A DNA stretch of 57,753 nt, the filler included, from Sluysia triapertura (taxonomy: Eukaryota), in assembly GCA_046118255.1 (NCBI GenBank). It is 4 parts of 4 records of this genome, joined end to end, with 100 filler letters (N's around TTAATTAATTAA, not from the genome) between each part and the next. Parts side by side here need not be neighbours in the genome. Positions count along the whole stretch, not along the records: positions 1 to 13,499 come from JBJNIA010036482.1; 3 more parts are not named here. One strand, given 5' to 3'. The notes under the pieces were generated by a model, which did no database searches, had not been told where the DNA came from, and was given only the letters and a program-made list of their open reading frames with translations. Both the position numbers and the translations under genes were made by a program. This document shows positions 1 to 12,284 of the stretch, piece after piece; position 1 is the stretch's first letter, and each line of letters starts with the position of its first letter.

Positions 1-328
1 AATTAGCAAATAACTAGTTCTATCTAGTTAAAAGTAAAATTTTATTGTTTATTATTATCATTTAATTTTTTTTTAATAAAATATTCTGGTGAATTATTTT
101 TACTTAAATTTTCAAATTCAATAAAATCAATTTACGTGATTTCAAGGGCTAGATTTTAACTCTAGCAGGCAATATTATTTAATTCAATTCCATATAACGG
201 AATTTAGTAATATCATACTAGTTAAATTCAAATTCTTTTTGGAAGATAATTCTAGAGTAGAGACGCGTAAGTAATAAAATAATTGTCAGATCTTTACTAG
301 GTAAGGCCTCACGTTTTAGATATAAAAA

Positions 329-378
329 TCCAACGGCTGGCCCTCGCCGGTAAGTCCAGTACGTTGGTGGACTCACAT
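329..378. repeat. GC-rich ~50-bp hairpin-forming repeat, copy 1 (inverted copy at 32872-32923)
   Basis: Reverse complement TGTGAGTCCACCAACGTACTGGACTTACCGGCGAGGGCCAGCCGTTGGA matches 32872-32920 TGTGAGTTCACCAACGTACTGGACTTACCAGCGAGAGCCGGCCGTTGGA with about 4 substitutions; internal CCAACG...CGTTGG stem. Confidence 0.85.
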
Positions 379-431
379 TAGATTTTAAGAAATCTATTTC
401 ATATTTATTCTCCTTCACACTTCGTTGTTTA

Positions 432-722
432 TTCCGAAATATGTCAAACTTAAATCAAAATACTTAGATAATATAAAAGTGATCAGGTATATATCAACTG
501 CTTTATCATTCATTGTAAAATATATGATATTTAAGTTATAATATTTAAATGAAAAAACTACAATCGAATACGTATCAATTACTTTATTGATTATTTCGAA
601 ATACGTCAAATTTAAATCATAATACTTAGATAATATAAAAGTCGTCAGATATATATCAACTGTTTTATCATTCATTGTAAAATATATAAAATTTAATTTA
701 TAATATTTAAATGTCGAAAAAC
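432..722. repeat. Direct duplication with ~162-bp period
   Basis: 432-560 (TTCCGAAATATGTCAAACTTAAATCAAAATACTTAGATAATATAAAAGT...) is repeated at 594-722 (TTTCGAAATACGTCAAATTTAAATCATAATACTTAGATAATATAAAAGT...); it explains the duplicated peptide in ORF 415..963. Confidence 0.85.
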
Positions 723-739
723 AAAACAAATAACGACTA

Positions 740-1200
740 AAAAATAGTTCGTTGTCACCTTGTTCCATTTTCTGTTTCCTTTCTTGACTTTCAACTCGTT
801 TCAAATACTCAGCAAGGTTTAACATGATGCCAGCAACTGGACTTTTCAGAGATACGTTAACAAGTAGATTAATTTCGCTTAAATTCATATCATTAATATC
901 GTGATACTCTTTTAATTCTCTATTCACTCGTAAATTCAGTTCATAATCGGATTCAACTAACAAGCGTGTATGAATTTATAATACGAACAATATATGTTCC
1001 ACTATTAAGAAACAATCTTTTTAATTCTGTATTTATATCATTGGAAAAACTATTTTCGTTCAAATTAACAGCATTTGAGTTTATAGGTTTAATATTTGGC
1101 GTTCCTTTCTGCCTCCATTTAACATCACTACTTGTTGTAAATGCATGTTCAGAAAGAATTGTAGAATCATCTTCGGCTGTTCTAATTATTGATTCTAAAT
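740..1200 (-). other. Frameshifted coding-like fragment, possibly a piggyBac-type transposase N-terminal relic
   Basis: Minus-strand frame LESIIRTAEDDS...SDVKWRQKGTP...ELKRLFLNSGTYIVRII shifts near 960 into LVESDYELNLRVNRELKEYHDINDMNLSEINLLV; only loose resemblance to piggyBac 'LF..I..IV..TN...EI' spacing. Confidence 0.25.
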
Positions 1201-1221
1201 TAAAAATACTGAATATAATTA

Positions 1222-1914
1222 CTAAAAAGTCGTGAAATCAAATGGTTTCCAATGTGAATGAAAATGTCGATACAATGTACATAGAGCCAAAACAACGTGA
1301 CGGCGAGACTTAAAACAATCTGAAAACAACTGAATTTCTCCATCCATTTTACGCAAGTCATCTTCAACTTCGATAGACTGACATGATTGACGAAGTTCCT
1401 TATGTATTTCGGGTAATGACATTCATTGGTTTAATTCTAAATATGACTTTTCCAATTTTATATTTGTTTTGAAACACAACCTTTCGCTTTTAGCTCTTTT
1501 TAATGCATCTAATGTAGTGGTATACAGTTTTCGTAGCATTACAATCTGGTTTGATGTAGAAACGTAATCTAAAATTGAATTGATTACTTCTTCTGAATAA
1601 TTTCTATCGATGGTAGATCTAAAATAGGTTATAAACTGAACATGACTTTTCATCATTTCTTCCGAATTATTAATTTTGAAATTAATACTATCAATCTGTT
1701 CAGAAGCTTTAAAACTCGATTCTTCGCGATCACCTTGTGATCCTATTTGAAAGATTCTTTTAAATTCTTCTGTAGCTACTAAAGGGTTTCCTTCTTTTAA
1801 TGACTTAGTATGACAAGATTGATTCTCCAAACCAACATCTTGTTCTGAATTATCTTCTGATAAATATTCTATTGATAGTTCTGCATCATACACATCATAT
1901 TCAAACTCTGACAT
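1222..1914 (-). pseudogene. COPS2: COP9 signalosome subunit 2 (CSN2) N-terminal copy with in-frame stop and truncation
   Basis: DVGLENQ, FKA..I..INFK, RNYSE..INSILDYVSTS, YTTTLDALK.AKSERL.FKTNIKL and ELRQSCQ...EDDLRK follow the CSN2 N-terminal order. ORFs 1423..1914 and 1222..1422 share a frame and are separated by one TGA (1423-1425). Many normally invariant residues are changed, no introns are evident and the PCI domain is absent. Confidence 0.85.
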
Positions 1915-2003
1915 TTTTAAATTTAAACGGGCATTTCAAACTCTTATTTTTAAATTTTTGCCTAATGTATAATAAAATATTATTTAAACAAAATCGTTAA
2001 TAT

Positions 2004-2133
2004 NNNNNNNNNNNNNNNNNNNNNNNNNNNNNNNNNNNNNNNNNNNNNNNNNNNNNNNNNNNNNNNNNNNNNNNNNNNNNNNNNNNNNNNNNNNNNNNNN
2101 NNNNNNNNNNNNNNNNNNNNNNNNNNNNNNNNN
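2004..2133. other. Assembly gap (N run)
   Basis: Run of N, followed by low-complexity AAT-rich sequence to about 2400. Confidence 0.99.
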
Positions 2134-3671
2134 ATAAAAATGATAATAAGGATTTAAAAAATAATATTAATAATAAAAATAATAAAATATAATTAATAAA
2201 ATAAAATAATAAAAATAAAAATAATAAAAATTTATAAAATAAAATTAACGATAAAAATATTAAAATATAATTAATAAAATAAAATAATAAAAATAATGAA
2301 TTGCAATAATAAGATAGAAATGATAAAAATAACAAAATGAAATAATAAACATAATACAATAATAAAATAAAGTTAATAATAATAAAATAATAATGATAAT
2401 AACAGCATTTGACATAAATGATAATTAATAAAAATCATATTACGTTTATATCTTTTGGTGTATAATTCATGTAATATATATGAACCATGCTGACGCTGAC
2501 GATGATTTAGCAGGACAGATTTTAATCAAAATTTTTTTGACAATTATTATTTCTTATAAGAAAGCTTCTTGTGACCGTTTTCTTTCAACATAACATTTTT
2601 ATTAGTAAGTTCTCCAACGGCCTCACCTACAACAGGTAAATGACATCTTTCATGCTGATGTGCGATACGTTTTTCTACTTGTTCTGAATCATCGAAATCA
2701 ATTCCACAAAAATACACAAATAGTTTCGGGTCTTTGTTATATTTTGATTAAGATTATTCAGCAGTTAGAGAGAAGTTTAATAGATTGTAATTTATGTTCA
2801 TAAACTAGTTATAAAAGTATAATTCTGTGTATACAATAAAAAGATAGTGCTTAAGTGATGACGAGTTGGCAACAGACATTACATATAAAGAGATGTTAAT
2901 AAAATGGATTTTATTGAAACGATTTAATAAAAATGATTTTATTACACGTTTATGAATCGCCCGTAAAAAAATGTAATACTGCAGATACTGTAAGCGTATT
3001 TTATTTATGATGAGGTTTATGTGATTGATGATGACGGTGAATGAGATGCGTGTTGTGTGTTGTAGAGTGACACCACAACGATTATCTATTATTTCCTTTA
3101 TTTTACTCAATCTACTTTTACTTAAATTAATTCTCACATTAAAATAACAATCATTATTATTGTTAATCCACATAAAAAATAATGAATTTAATTGATTTTT
3201 GGTTTTTCATACCCAATTTTCTTACGGAAAATATTTAAGCTTCTTATTCTCAAACAAACCACTAAGCAAACATTTCAAACTCACTTCTAGATTCTCCTCT
3301 TCCATAGTAATTATCTCATATTCAATTGGTTATGTGTATCATTCTAAATGAAAAAAAATTCAACATTCAATAATTAAGAATTAATTAAAATTTAACTTTG
3401 CTCAATATTAAGGCTTTCCTTGTATGAACTTGGCTAAACCATATCTTCATCGAAATGTCATTTAAAACAAATACATACACAATTTCAAATTTAATGTACC
3501 ATTCCACATTCAAACGTTATTAACAAAAACGTACTTTTTCTTAATTAAGATTTTAATTAATTAATCCATTTTTAGACTTAATTTCATTTTATGTTTAAAG
3601 TTATTTAGTAGTCAACAGGCTCTATATGTTTTCACCTTCACCTCTCTGATTCCTTTTTTCTTCATATTAAT

Positions 3672-3900
3672 CATTACCATATTAAACTTATCTTTATTAT
3701 TTTGAACAAAAATTTTATTTCTCAAATATTTTAAAGATTTTAAATATTCTATAAAATTACTTGAAGATCTCAAATGCTTATCAAGTTTCCAAGAATATCT
3801 AAAGGTTAATAAGGTCTTAAATGATCTAAAAGTTGACAAGTTCAAAGGTACTTTAATATTTCTAAAGATTTTCCAAATCCATCTCAAGATTCCATAAGGT
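3672..3900 (-). repeat. Interspersed repeat family A, copy 1
   Basis: Reverse complement (TTGAGATGGATTTGGAAAATCTTTAGAA...TTTAGATCATTTAAGACCTTATTAACCTTTAG.TATTCTTG...TTTGTTCAAAAT.ATAAAGATAAGTT) matches 39170-39395 and 42955-43075. Confidence 0.85.
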
Positions 3901-4683
3901 CATTAGTTATTGGGTTTTAAATTGATAATTTAAAACAAAAGTATCAAAGACACAACATTTGCAAAAAAAATCAAATTATAAGACCATCTTTTACGAAAAA
4001 TGTGATGACACACTGAGTCAAAGCGTTAATAACATCGCCACTATGACGAATAATTTCAAACGGTGATATAAATTAAGTTTAAAATAGCTAAACTGTCGAA
4101 AATAATACTTTTTGAAACTTACATATAAGTTATATTTAATTATATATTTTAAAAAATATTTAAAACTACTAAGAACATTTCAGATTATTTTATCTATTGA
4201 TTTACTAACAAATTCAGTAAATAACATACCTTAAAATCATAAAAATATTGATAATTTATTTTACAAAATATACACTATAATTATTCTTGAAAAAATTTAA
4301 CATAAAATAATGACCAATAAATTTACTTTCAAATTTTCGTAATAAATTCTTTGATTTTTTCTCTGCACAATTATTAAATAAACATTTACTACTTATTATT
4401 AATAATAGCATAAATATCACTAAAATTTAAAAAACAAACATACAAATACGCACACAAATTACAAAAACAAATTGTCAGCTTTGTTTTTAAAGTGATAAAT
4501 AAAAACGTTATTAGAAATAAAAATTACTGAAAGACAAAATGTCATTTGTTGCTTGCTTTATTCAAAGTAATTAAGAATTGTTGTTATTCAGCAGTAGTCT
4601 ATTATAATAAATGCAACATATATTAGCGATTTATAAATAGATGTAAATAAATGAATTAGTTATTTTTATTGTTACTATTTTTA

Positions 4684-5494
4684 TCATTGTATATTCCCTG
4701 AATTGTCATTGTTATCACCGTTATTATTATTATCATCATCATAATCTTCATCATTATAATCACAATGAAAAATAAATTGACAATTGTCAATTAATGTTTG
4801 TATTAATAAACAATCGTATTTGTAATTTATTTGAATAAATTTAATAATTTCCTCTGGAGATAATAATGATGTAGAGTGATTTGTTTCTAAGGCAGATGAC
4901 GGTTTCGATATAAGAGTAGGCGCAAATACGATGGCCAAATTAGCACTATCCATTCGATTAGTCATTTTGTATTTGGCGACATTATGAAGATGTGTAATGA
5001 AAAATTTCAAAGTAACATAATGAGCTGAATTTAATAAATTACGTATTGAATAACGAATCTGAATATTTCTCATTGGACCTTCCTTTTTTGTTTTGAAAAT
5101 ATCAATCAATTTCACATATAAATCCATAGTAATCAATGGAATAGGTAATTGTCGTAGAAATAATTTTATCAATCCAGTAATAACTTCTGAATCTTCTACA
5201 CGTGGATCATGCTCGAAATTTATCGAATCGACACACACAAAAATGCTTCTGAACTTCGTATATAAATTTATTACCACTTTCATCGATATCAAATTTCATA
5301 AAAGTCGACTTTAAAACGTCTTCATTTTCATCCGAAAAATTATCACAATGATCATGAAGCCAAAATGTAATGTTTTCATCTTGATAAACATTTGATACAT
5401 TGAGTTTAATGCCTTCACTTCGTGAAATAACTCTCACAAATAATGGCGTATCACCGTACCACATCTGACCGTAACTAGACAAATTTTTACACAT
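4684..5494 (-). pseudogene. RhoGAP-domain gene, frameshifted at the arginine-finger region
   Basis: EDSEVITGLIKLFLRQLPIPLIT, HYVTLKFFITHLHNVA and NRMDSANLAIVFAPTL are RhoGAP motifs. The expected 'YR.SGN' segment is split across frames around 5265-5290 (TATCGA-TGAA-AGTGGTAAT), and two ORFs overlap there. Confidence 0.75.
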
Positions 5495-5955
5495 TTGAAA
5501 TGAATATTTTTGTTACTGAAACATGTTTCTTCTAATAAAAACAAACCTTTAGGACTATGGTTGTTAGGCTATCGATTAATGCTTTACTCTTATATAAATT
5601 TCACAAGCTTTACTTTGTTTTTAGCTTAACTATGTGTGTTAATGACCCGGACTGTTTGGTTGATTTGATAAAGATGATTCCTGCGAAATAGTCAACAATT
5701 GGGGAGTTAGTACTTCTGATGATTATTTATAATGTGTATCCATCGCCTGACGATACGATCAAAACAAAATAGATATATGTAAGACATTTCTTGAATAATT
5801 TGAAAATATTTAACAACTGATGACGATGGTGACTCAGTAATTGAAGTAATAAATATGTAAATATCACCGGCGATTTTATTAGTGACACATTCTAGTTATT
5901 TAAATTTAAATACAAAAACACACATGAAATAGAACCAACAAGAACAAAGTAATTA

Positions 5956-6690
5956 TTAAATCTGTTTGTTAAAATGTTTAGGAACATCTCCGAATACACT
6001 TTTCCATTTAAACGCATAAGCGAGAATAAGAATAAGTTGGACAGTTCTGTAGCAATAAGATGAGGCCCTGAAAATCTTTTTCTCTTTTAAGGTCAGTGGA
6101 AAACTTGAGCATGAAGGCAGCACATACGTAGACATAGAATTCGGCAAATAAATTGGAAGCAGAATGATATGTGTCCCATAGTCGAATCACACATCGTAGT
6201 GGTAGTTCTCGCATTAAAAGATTGATCATCCATCGAAACGCAAACTGTAAATATTCAATTTTATGTTCCAGTAAATTGCGGTGCAAATCTGCATCTAGGC
6301 GACTGATAAGTGATGAAAGGGTTTGTACTCACGTCCGACTACCAGGATGTGCAAATGTATAATGATCTTGTATACTATCCAGTAACCTGCTTACACGCCA
6401 ATAACAATCAGCTTCTACTCGACGAAGTTCTTCATCATTTGGTATGGATCCGAAAGCGGTATTCATATCAACAGAAACGTATTCTAACAAAAACACAACA
6501 AAATAGGGAGTAAACAGATCATTTATTCCTTGTACATAATCACTAGCTGGATGACGCATAGACCATATAAACAATACTCTTTCGAATAACTTTTGAATAT
6601 CTGGAATTCAGTAAATCTGTTGGAATATTTCTGGATGTTCTTTTAACATAGTACTTATTCGGAATCCTGCACCCACATAACATGTTTAAC
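5956..6690 (-). pseudogene. TBC1D22: TBC1D22/Gyp1-type Rab-GAP, frameshifted and internally deleted
   Basis: FIWSMRHPASDYVQGINDLFTPYFVVFL, VEADCYW, LLDSIQDHYTFA.PG and EYLQFAFRWMINLLMRELPLRCVIRLWDTY...KDFQGLILLLQN.PT are TBC1D22 signatures. They are spread over three frames with no apparent introns, and the catalytic DxxR motif is degraded. Confidence 0.9.
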
Positions 6691-7009
6691 ATCCACTTAG
6701 TGTAGGGATGGCTAGAATGATAATATGGTGGTATTGGTAATTGTCGAACACAAATAGTGGGTGGTTCGGATAATTTATGATTCTCCATATTGATTAAATA
6801 TGTTGTATAAGAGAAAAATTAAAACAAACAGAGAGATAGATTGATAATAAGGATAAAAAATAGTAATAATGATAACAATTCTGTGGTTATTATGTTCATT
6901 AATACAGAATTGTTGAAATTTATTATGAAATTTTATCATAAAAATTATTATTAAAGTTATTATAAAAGTTATTATTTGATATTTATTATATAACAATAAT
7001 GACTATAAT

Positions 7010-7199
7010 TGTTACACCTATTTTAATATGATGTGAATCGTAACTACAATAACGATAGTTCATGATAGTTAGATGTGATGGTCGCGTTTATTTTTAAATG
7101 AGTTTAGTAGTTTGTTTAATAGTTTGTCTATATGTGGAGTGTTTTTATGCGATGAATTGTGATGAATTATGATGGATTTGATGTGATGAATTCCCTACA
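7010..7199. mobile_element. Possible solo LTR (~190 bp)
   Basis: Block bounded by TGTTACA...CCCTACA (TG...CA) with strongly strand-skewed composition, upstream of a gag remnant; no target-site duplication found. Confidence 0.3.
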
Positions 7200-7869
7200 G
7201 TAGGAATATAACCGAATGGCCAATTAACGGAATGTACAGAAATTCAATTAGAATTTTCTAAGCATTTAAAGCTTTCCAGCAGAGTTTCCAATATTAGAAA
7301 ATAAGGTTTAAAAACAAAATTTGTAAATTGAATTATGTGAATTTTATAATAAATGTTGCATATATATCCACTTTTTGAATAACCTTGACTTAGAGTTGTT
7401 TCGCTTATAGTAAAGACGATAGAATTATTGCGATTATTATTTTATTTCTCTTTAAAAATTATATTTTTAATAATAATAATTATTAATAATATAATATCAA
7501 ATATTATCGTACGATTTATTTTTAGAATCAATTTACTTTTAGAATAATTAGATAATTTAACTTACATATTAACATAAAATTTATTAACTATTTAATATAC
7601 AAACATTTAGCATTTAGATAATTTATATTTATTTTTTGACAAAATTAGACATAAAATTATTTTTAGACTTGATACATAGGTTAACCAAACATCCTAAGAC
7701 ATGGTTTACGTACCAAGCGCAACCCTTGGTACGACATCATCTGAGATTCACTGATTAACGATATTCCACACGGGGCAGTTATTTCAATCAATCACCAATT
7801 ACCTGGCGGTACTGACGACGATCCTGAAATTCCATCACGTACTGATTAAGATCAATTAAAAAATAAAAG

Positions 7870-8665
7870 TACTCCTTCGTGGTCTCATTTTTTGGATGAA
7901 ACTGGTTCCCCAAACACATGGTTTATGGTTGGTGAAGCCATGTTCAAAACTAGTACAACCAAACATCAAACTGCTAAGTTTAATCACACTTTGTCATTGT
8001 TACCACAAACAATTTTAAGTAAGCTTAGGCCAAAAATTCAGACGTGTATCGCCTTGAAATTTCCGTATGACGAACTCAAACAAATCGTCATACAGCAATA
8101 CCGTCCTAATTCAGAAAAAGTGTTTCGAGACTATTTTAAAGTCCAAACATTAGGTTCATTATTATCCTCGAAATTTTTGGAAAAAATAAAAACAGATCTG
8201 GCGCCTTTTGGTTGTGATATCGATGAAAATCACGATGTCTTAAAAAGATTATTCCTCGATGCTAAGCATACTCGTTGGAACCCAAAATATAAAATCGACG
8301 AACTAGCTAAAATCGCCGATAACATTATTGCACTCCGGAACAAGAATCACCAACAACCTCTGTACGCAGTGAATGATTCTTTTTCTAATAATCAAAATAT
8401 ACTGCAACAACAACAAATACCGAAATACAAAATCTTCTACGAGTTGAAAATTTAACCAAACAAGTAACTGAATTAACAAAAATACTGCTATCAAAATCAA
8501 GAGAGAACTAACCATCAAGGAGAACAAGTTCACCCAAATTCTCAACGAGTTCCACTACTTCAAACAGATTTTACAGAAACAAAAACATTTCAATGGAATC
8601 TACTATTATCACAATAGATTTCTACAACAAGCTAAATCATGTTTATTGGGATGCAAATTCCCAAA
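7870..8665 (+). mobile_element. Ty3/Gypsy-type gag remnant
   Basis: F.....PNTWF...EAMF, AKF...LP and PYDELK pattern in ORF 7892..8455; downstream in a shifted frame YYYHNRFLQQAKSCLLGCKF (about 8600-8660) resembles the C-x-Y-H-x2-F-x3-A-x2-C-x3-C-x-F knuckle of this gag family. Confidence 0.75.
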
Positions 8666-10114
8666 CACATCTACAACTATAATCATAAAAAACTTATGCG
8701 TATAGCATGCACATTTTCAAAGGAATTCTAAAAGATGCATGGATGGCTGCATCCATTTTAGAAATCTTAAGCCCACATCAAAAACTGAATTTGCCAACTG
8801 AATTTTTCATATTTAAGAAAAATAAAACAATTGGAACATTTTATTAAAAAGATTAAATTTTGTAAAACTTTATGTAAAATATGTTTTTATTGTTTTATTA
8901 ACAATTGTTTAATAATATATATTAAGATAATTAAGTTAATTTTATTAATAAAATATTTAAATAAGTATAATTTCTTAATTAAGTCTTATCAGAGTGCTAA
9001 CAAACCAAAATTATGCCACTTATAAGTCCGATATATTCATCATTTTCATATACAGTAGCTGATTTCTGAATTCTGTACACTGGTGGCCCATATTTCCATT
9101 TCGATTCATTTTCGCATAAATTATTAGGTTTTAAAGCTTTCTTAACACCTTCAGTATCATTATTTGTTGTATTTAAAAGTATTGTAGTTAGTTGAGCTAA
9201 ACTTTTAAGCCATAATTTACGTACAATTTTGACTTTTTGATTAATTCGTCAAGATTTACTTTACTTGCACAAATTCAGCGTCTAAAAATATTAATCAAAA
9301 CCGAATAAAAATTCATTACTCCTACCAATTTGTATTTTTCTATCTTCAGGTATTGTAGTCTTAATATAAGGAATATAAAAATAATTAAATGGTCTTTTCT
9401 TATAAAACTCTATACATATAATAGATTGTTTATTAGAAAAAGTGAAGTATAGCAAAATTTAAGATTCAAAGTCTGATGTTAACCTAAAATATAGCTCCTC
9501 TCCGTTATTTTAACCTTAGCATCATTTTATTATTACATACATTCGAATTTCCATAGCATATGATAAATATTTTTGTGCCACTTTATACAAACAATTCGGA
9601 TAATCACTAATTAAAATTAATTTCCGATTTCTACTATTAAATTTTAATAAGTTATGTATTTTGATTATATTATCAAATTCGAAAACCTGGACTCAGAAGT
9701 TTTTAAAAATTTGTTAACTTTATCAACAATATCTAAGTCAAATGTTTTCATTATATTAAATAATCTTTAAATAATCACACGAAAAAAAGAATCAAGTGAT
9801 GATAAAAATGGACTAGCTATAAAATCAGTAATAATAATAAAACATCAGGTGATAAAAAGTCAAAATGATTAAAATAAAAATCAGGGCAATAAAAAGTCAA
9901 ATGATAAAATGATAATAATACTGTTCTTAAATAATTATCAGACGAAAATATAATATTCATGAATAGTTTACTAACAGTTGAGAATAGGTATGATAATGGC
10001 GATAAGTGCAGTAATGAATCTATTACCTGAGTCAGTTCTGAAATATTTCTCACTATTGGACTATTAGTCATACGATATTCTACGAACTGTGTACTATTTT
10101 GTGTGTTTCTGTTG

Positions 10115-10400
10115 TCAAATTGTTTGATTTTCAAGAGTTATTCTATGGTTGACAATCAAATCTGTAACATTAAGAATTATCAAAACAATTATAATACATG
10201 ATTCCACAACAAAAATAGTATATGGGTTATGGGGAATTGTACACTGCATGGCCGACCTGTTTTCAGGGCCACCTACAGTCGTACTTCCCATTATCCTAAA
10301 TTGATATTTTCTATGATTTATTATTGTAGATTTCGTGTACAAAAAATTTGGTGTTTCGTGTACAAGAAAAATGGTATTCTTTGGCATCTTTGAAAAACAT
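10115..10400 (-). pseudogene. Fibronectin type III C-terminal strand plus transmembrane segment (receptor exon or fragment)
   Basis: KYQFRIMGSTTVGG resembles the FN3 'Y.F.V.A.T..G.G' motif and is followed by hydrophobic IFVVESCIIIVLIILNV. Other exon-like minus-strand pieces at about 9020-9240, 11240-11490 and 11635-12160 may belong to the same gene but could not be joined. Confidence 0.45.
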
Positions 10401-11634
10401 TAAACTCACACTTCAAAATCATTTTTGAACATTACAATTAACGGAATTTCTTTTATCATCTTAAACTACGAGTTATTTCATATAATTTTTACCACAGAAA
10501 TTTCTTTTATATTTCCTATCATATTTAAATAGCAGACTAAGAAATTAAAGATTTGTGTCAGAGAATTTACATGCCTTGTATTATTTACTCATTTATTATT
10601 ATTACAATTTTGATTTTTTCTATTATTAAAAGATCGTGTTATGTAGAGAAAGAACATAAAAGATTTATGTATTTATTTTATTATTTTAATTTATATTATT
10701 ATTATATTTTATATCATTATTAATATTTTATTATTATTACTATTATTTATTATCATTATTATCTTCATTTTTATTATCACTATTATAACTACAATTTTTA
10801 GCATTAATTTTGATCAATACCAATTTTCATTATATAGTCTGTCATCAGTCGACAGTTTAAGTAAGAATTTAACTCTTACTTTAAATAAGGAAAAAACCTT
10901 ATGAAGTATAATCTTATGTGTGTGTGTGTGTGTGTTAATGGACCAATGAAGTTCCGCGAGAATGAATTTTTGGAGATTTATACCTCTTATTACTATACAC
11001 ATGGAAAATGTGATAAATTGCCTGTTTCTTCTATTTATACAATTTTTGGGCATCAATTATTTTTCAATATTTCGTAAATCACTTAAACTATAGTAATTAT
11101 TGAAATCATTCTCCAATTAAAATAATTAATACAATTTTTATACAATTCTAATTACTAACTATTTTCAAATCATTTTAATACTATTTTAATAATAATTACA
11201 ATTTTTTATCTACATTTTATTTTTGAATTGCTTTTTGATACTTTACAATGATTTTTGATCTTTCCTTCATATTTTGGCCAAAGTGCAATAGTGATTCTCT
11301 TTGCGTCTTTTTTCTAATTGGGTCTTTTTTCTTGAGAATTATGAATTTCAACTGTTTTGATGTTTTTTACTACCTTTTTAATCACCATTCCTTTTTGCAA
11401 AACTTAATAACTTCTTCTGTAACTTCAATCCAGTAACAATTCAACGTTTATCTCATGCTTCTGGAAAGATAGCCAAACGGTTCTGCAATTACAATTATGA
11501 AAATAAAAATAGAAGATAAATGTAGTAATATGTTTCTAACAACTAAATGTTTAAAATACATAAGGGTTTAATTCGTACATTAAATATAATGAATTAAATC
11601 TATTTCAATACATAAAATATACAACATTTACACA

Positions 11635-12160
11635 CTATTTTATACAACATTTATCATTATCATCATTATCATCGTCATCATCAGCATCAATATCACCACG
11701 GATTTTATATTCCATATCACCAGTACCATCAAGTTCATAATTTAAAATTCCATCATCATTATCATCAATTTGATAATTAAATTTATCATCATTGTCATCA
11801 TGAACATCTTTAAACTGAAATCCGAATTTATTATCTATATCATCTTCACAATACATCGAGTTGGCAAACTGTAATGCATTTAGCAATCTCGTCTTTCTAA
11901 ATAATAATCATAATTAATAATAATATTATTATTATTTCTGTTTTATTATGAACTGTTTGTCGATTGAACAAAATATAAACTAACGTAAGAGAATTTGTAA
12001 TTGAAGAATTTGATAAAAGAGACGGTACTTTTATTATTGGACCAGTGTCGTTGCTTGGCAACGTACTAGTAGTACTTGAAGTAGAAGACTGAGACGATAC
12101 CGTTTGTACTTTCTTTAGAATTATATCTAATCTGGAAGATAAGTTAATTTTATTTAAATA
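11635..12160 (-). CDS. Two putative exons of an unknown gene (Ser/Thr-rich, then Asp-rich)
   Basis: Open frames SSRLDIILKKVQTVSSQSSTSSTTSTLP... ending at a GTTAGT donor near 11985, and an AG acceptor near 11897 leading into the acidic ORF 11635..11886. Confidence 0.35.
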
Positions 12161-12284
12161 CAACATAAAATTGATGGTCTTGTTTTGAGAAAACAATGAT
12201 TTACTACTTTATTTATCTATTAGGTTTACCCTTTAAACTTTACATTTACATTGCATCAACCACATTTTATTATACAACTTATGC

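Noticed and set aside
1423-1425. Stop-codon reassignment or readthrough as the explanation for in-frame stops (TGA here, TAG at 24487 and 50304, TAA at 43966)
   Set aside because: All three stop types occur, frameshifts accompany them, and the long intact ORFs read without recoding; ordinary decay is simpler.
1997-2359. Hydrophobic 120-aa ORF
   Set aside because: Translation of low-complexity AAT repeats plus an N-gap.
6700-6790. Faint resemblance to the mitochondrial cytochrome b C-terminus (EPPTICVRQL, IIILAIPTLSG)
   Set aside because: Too short, split over frames and without other mitochondrial context; probably chance.
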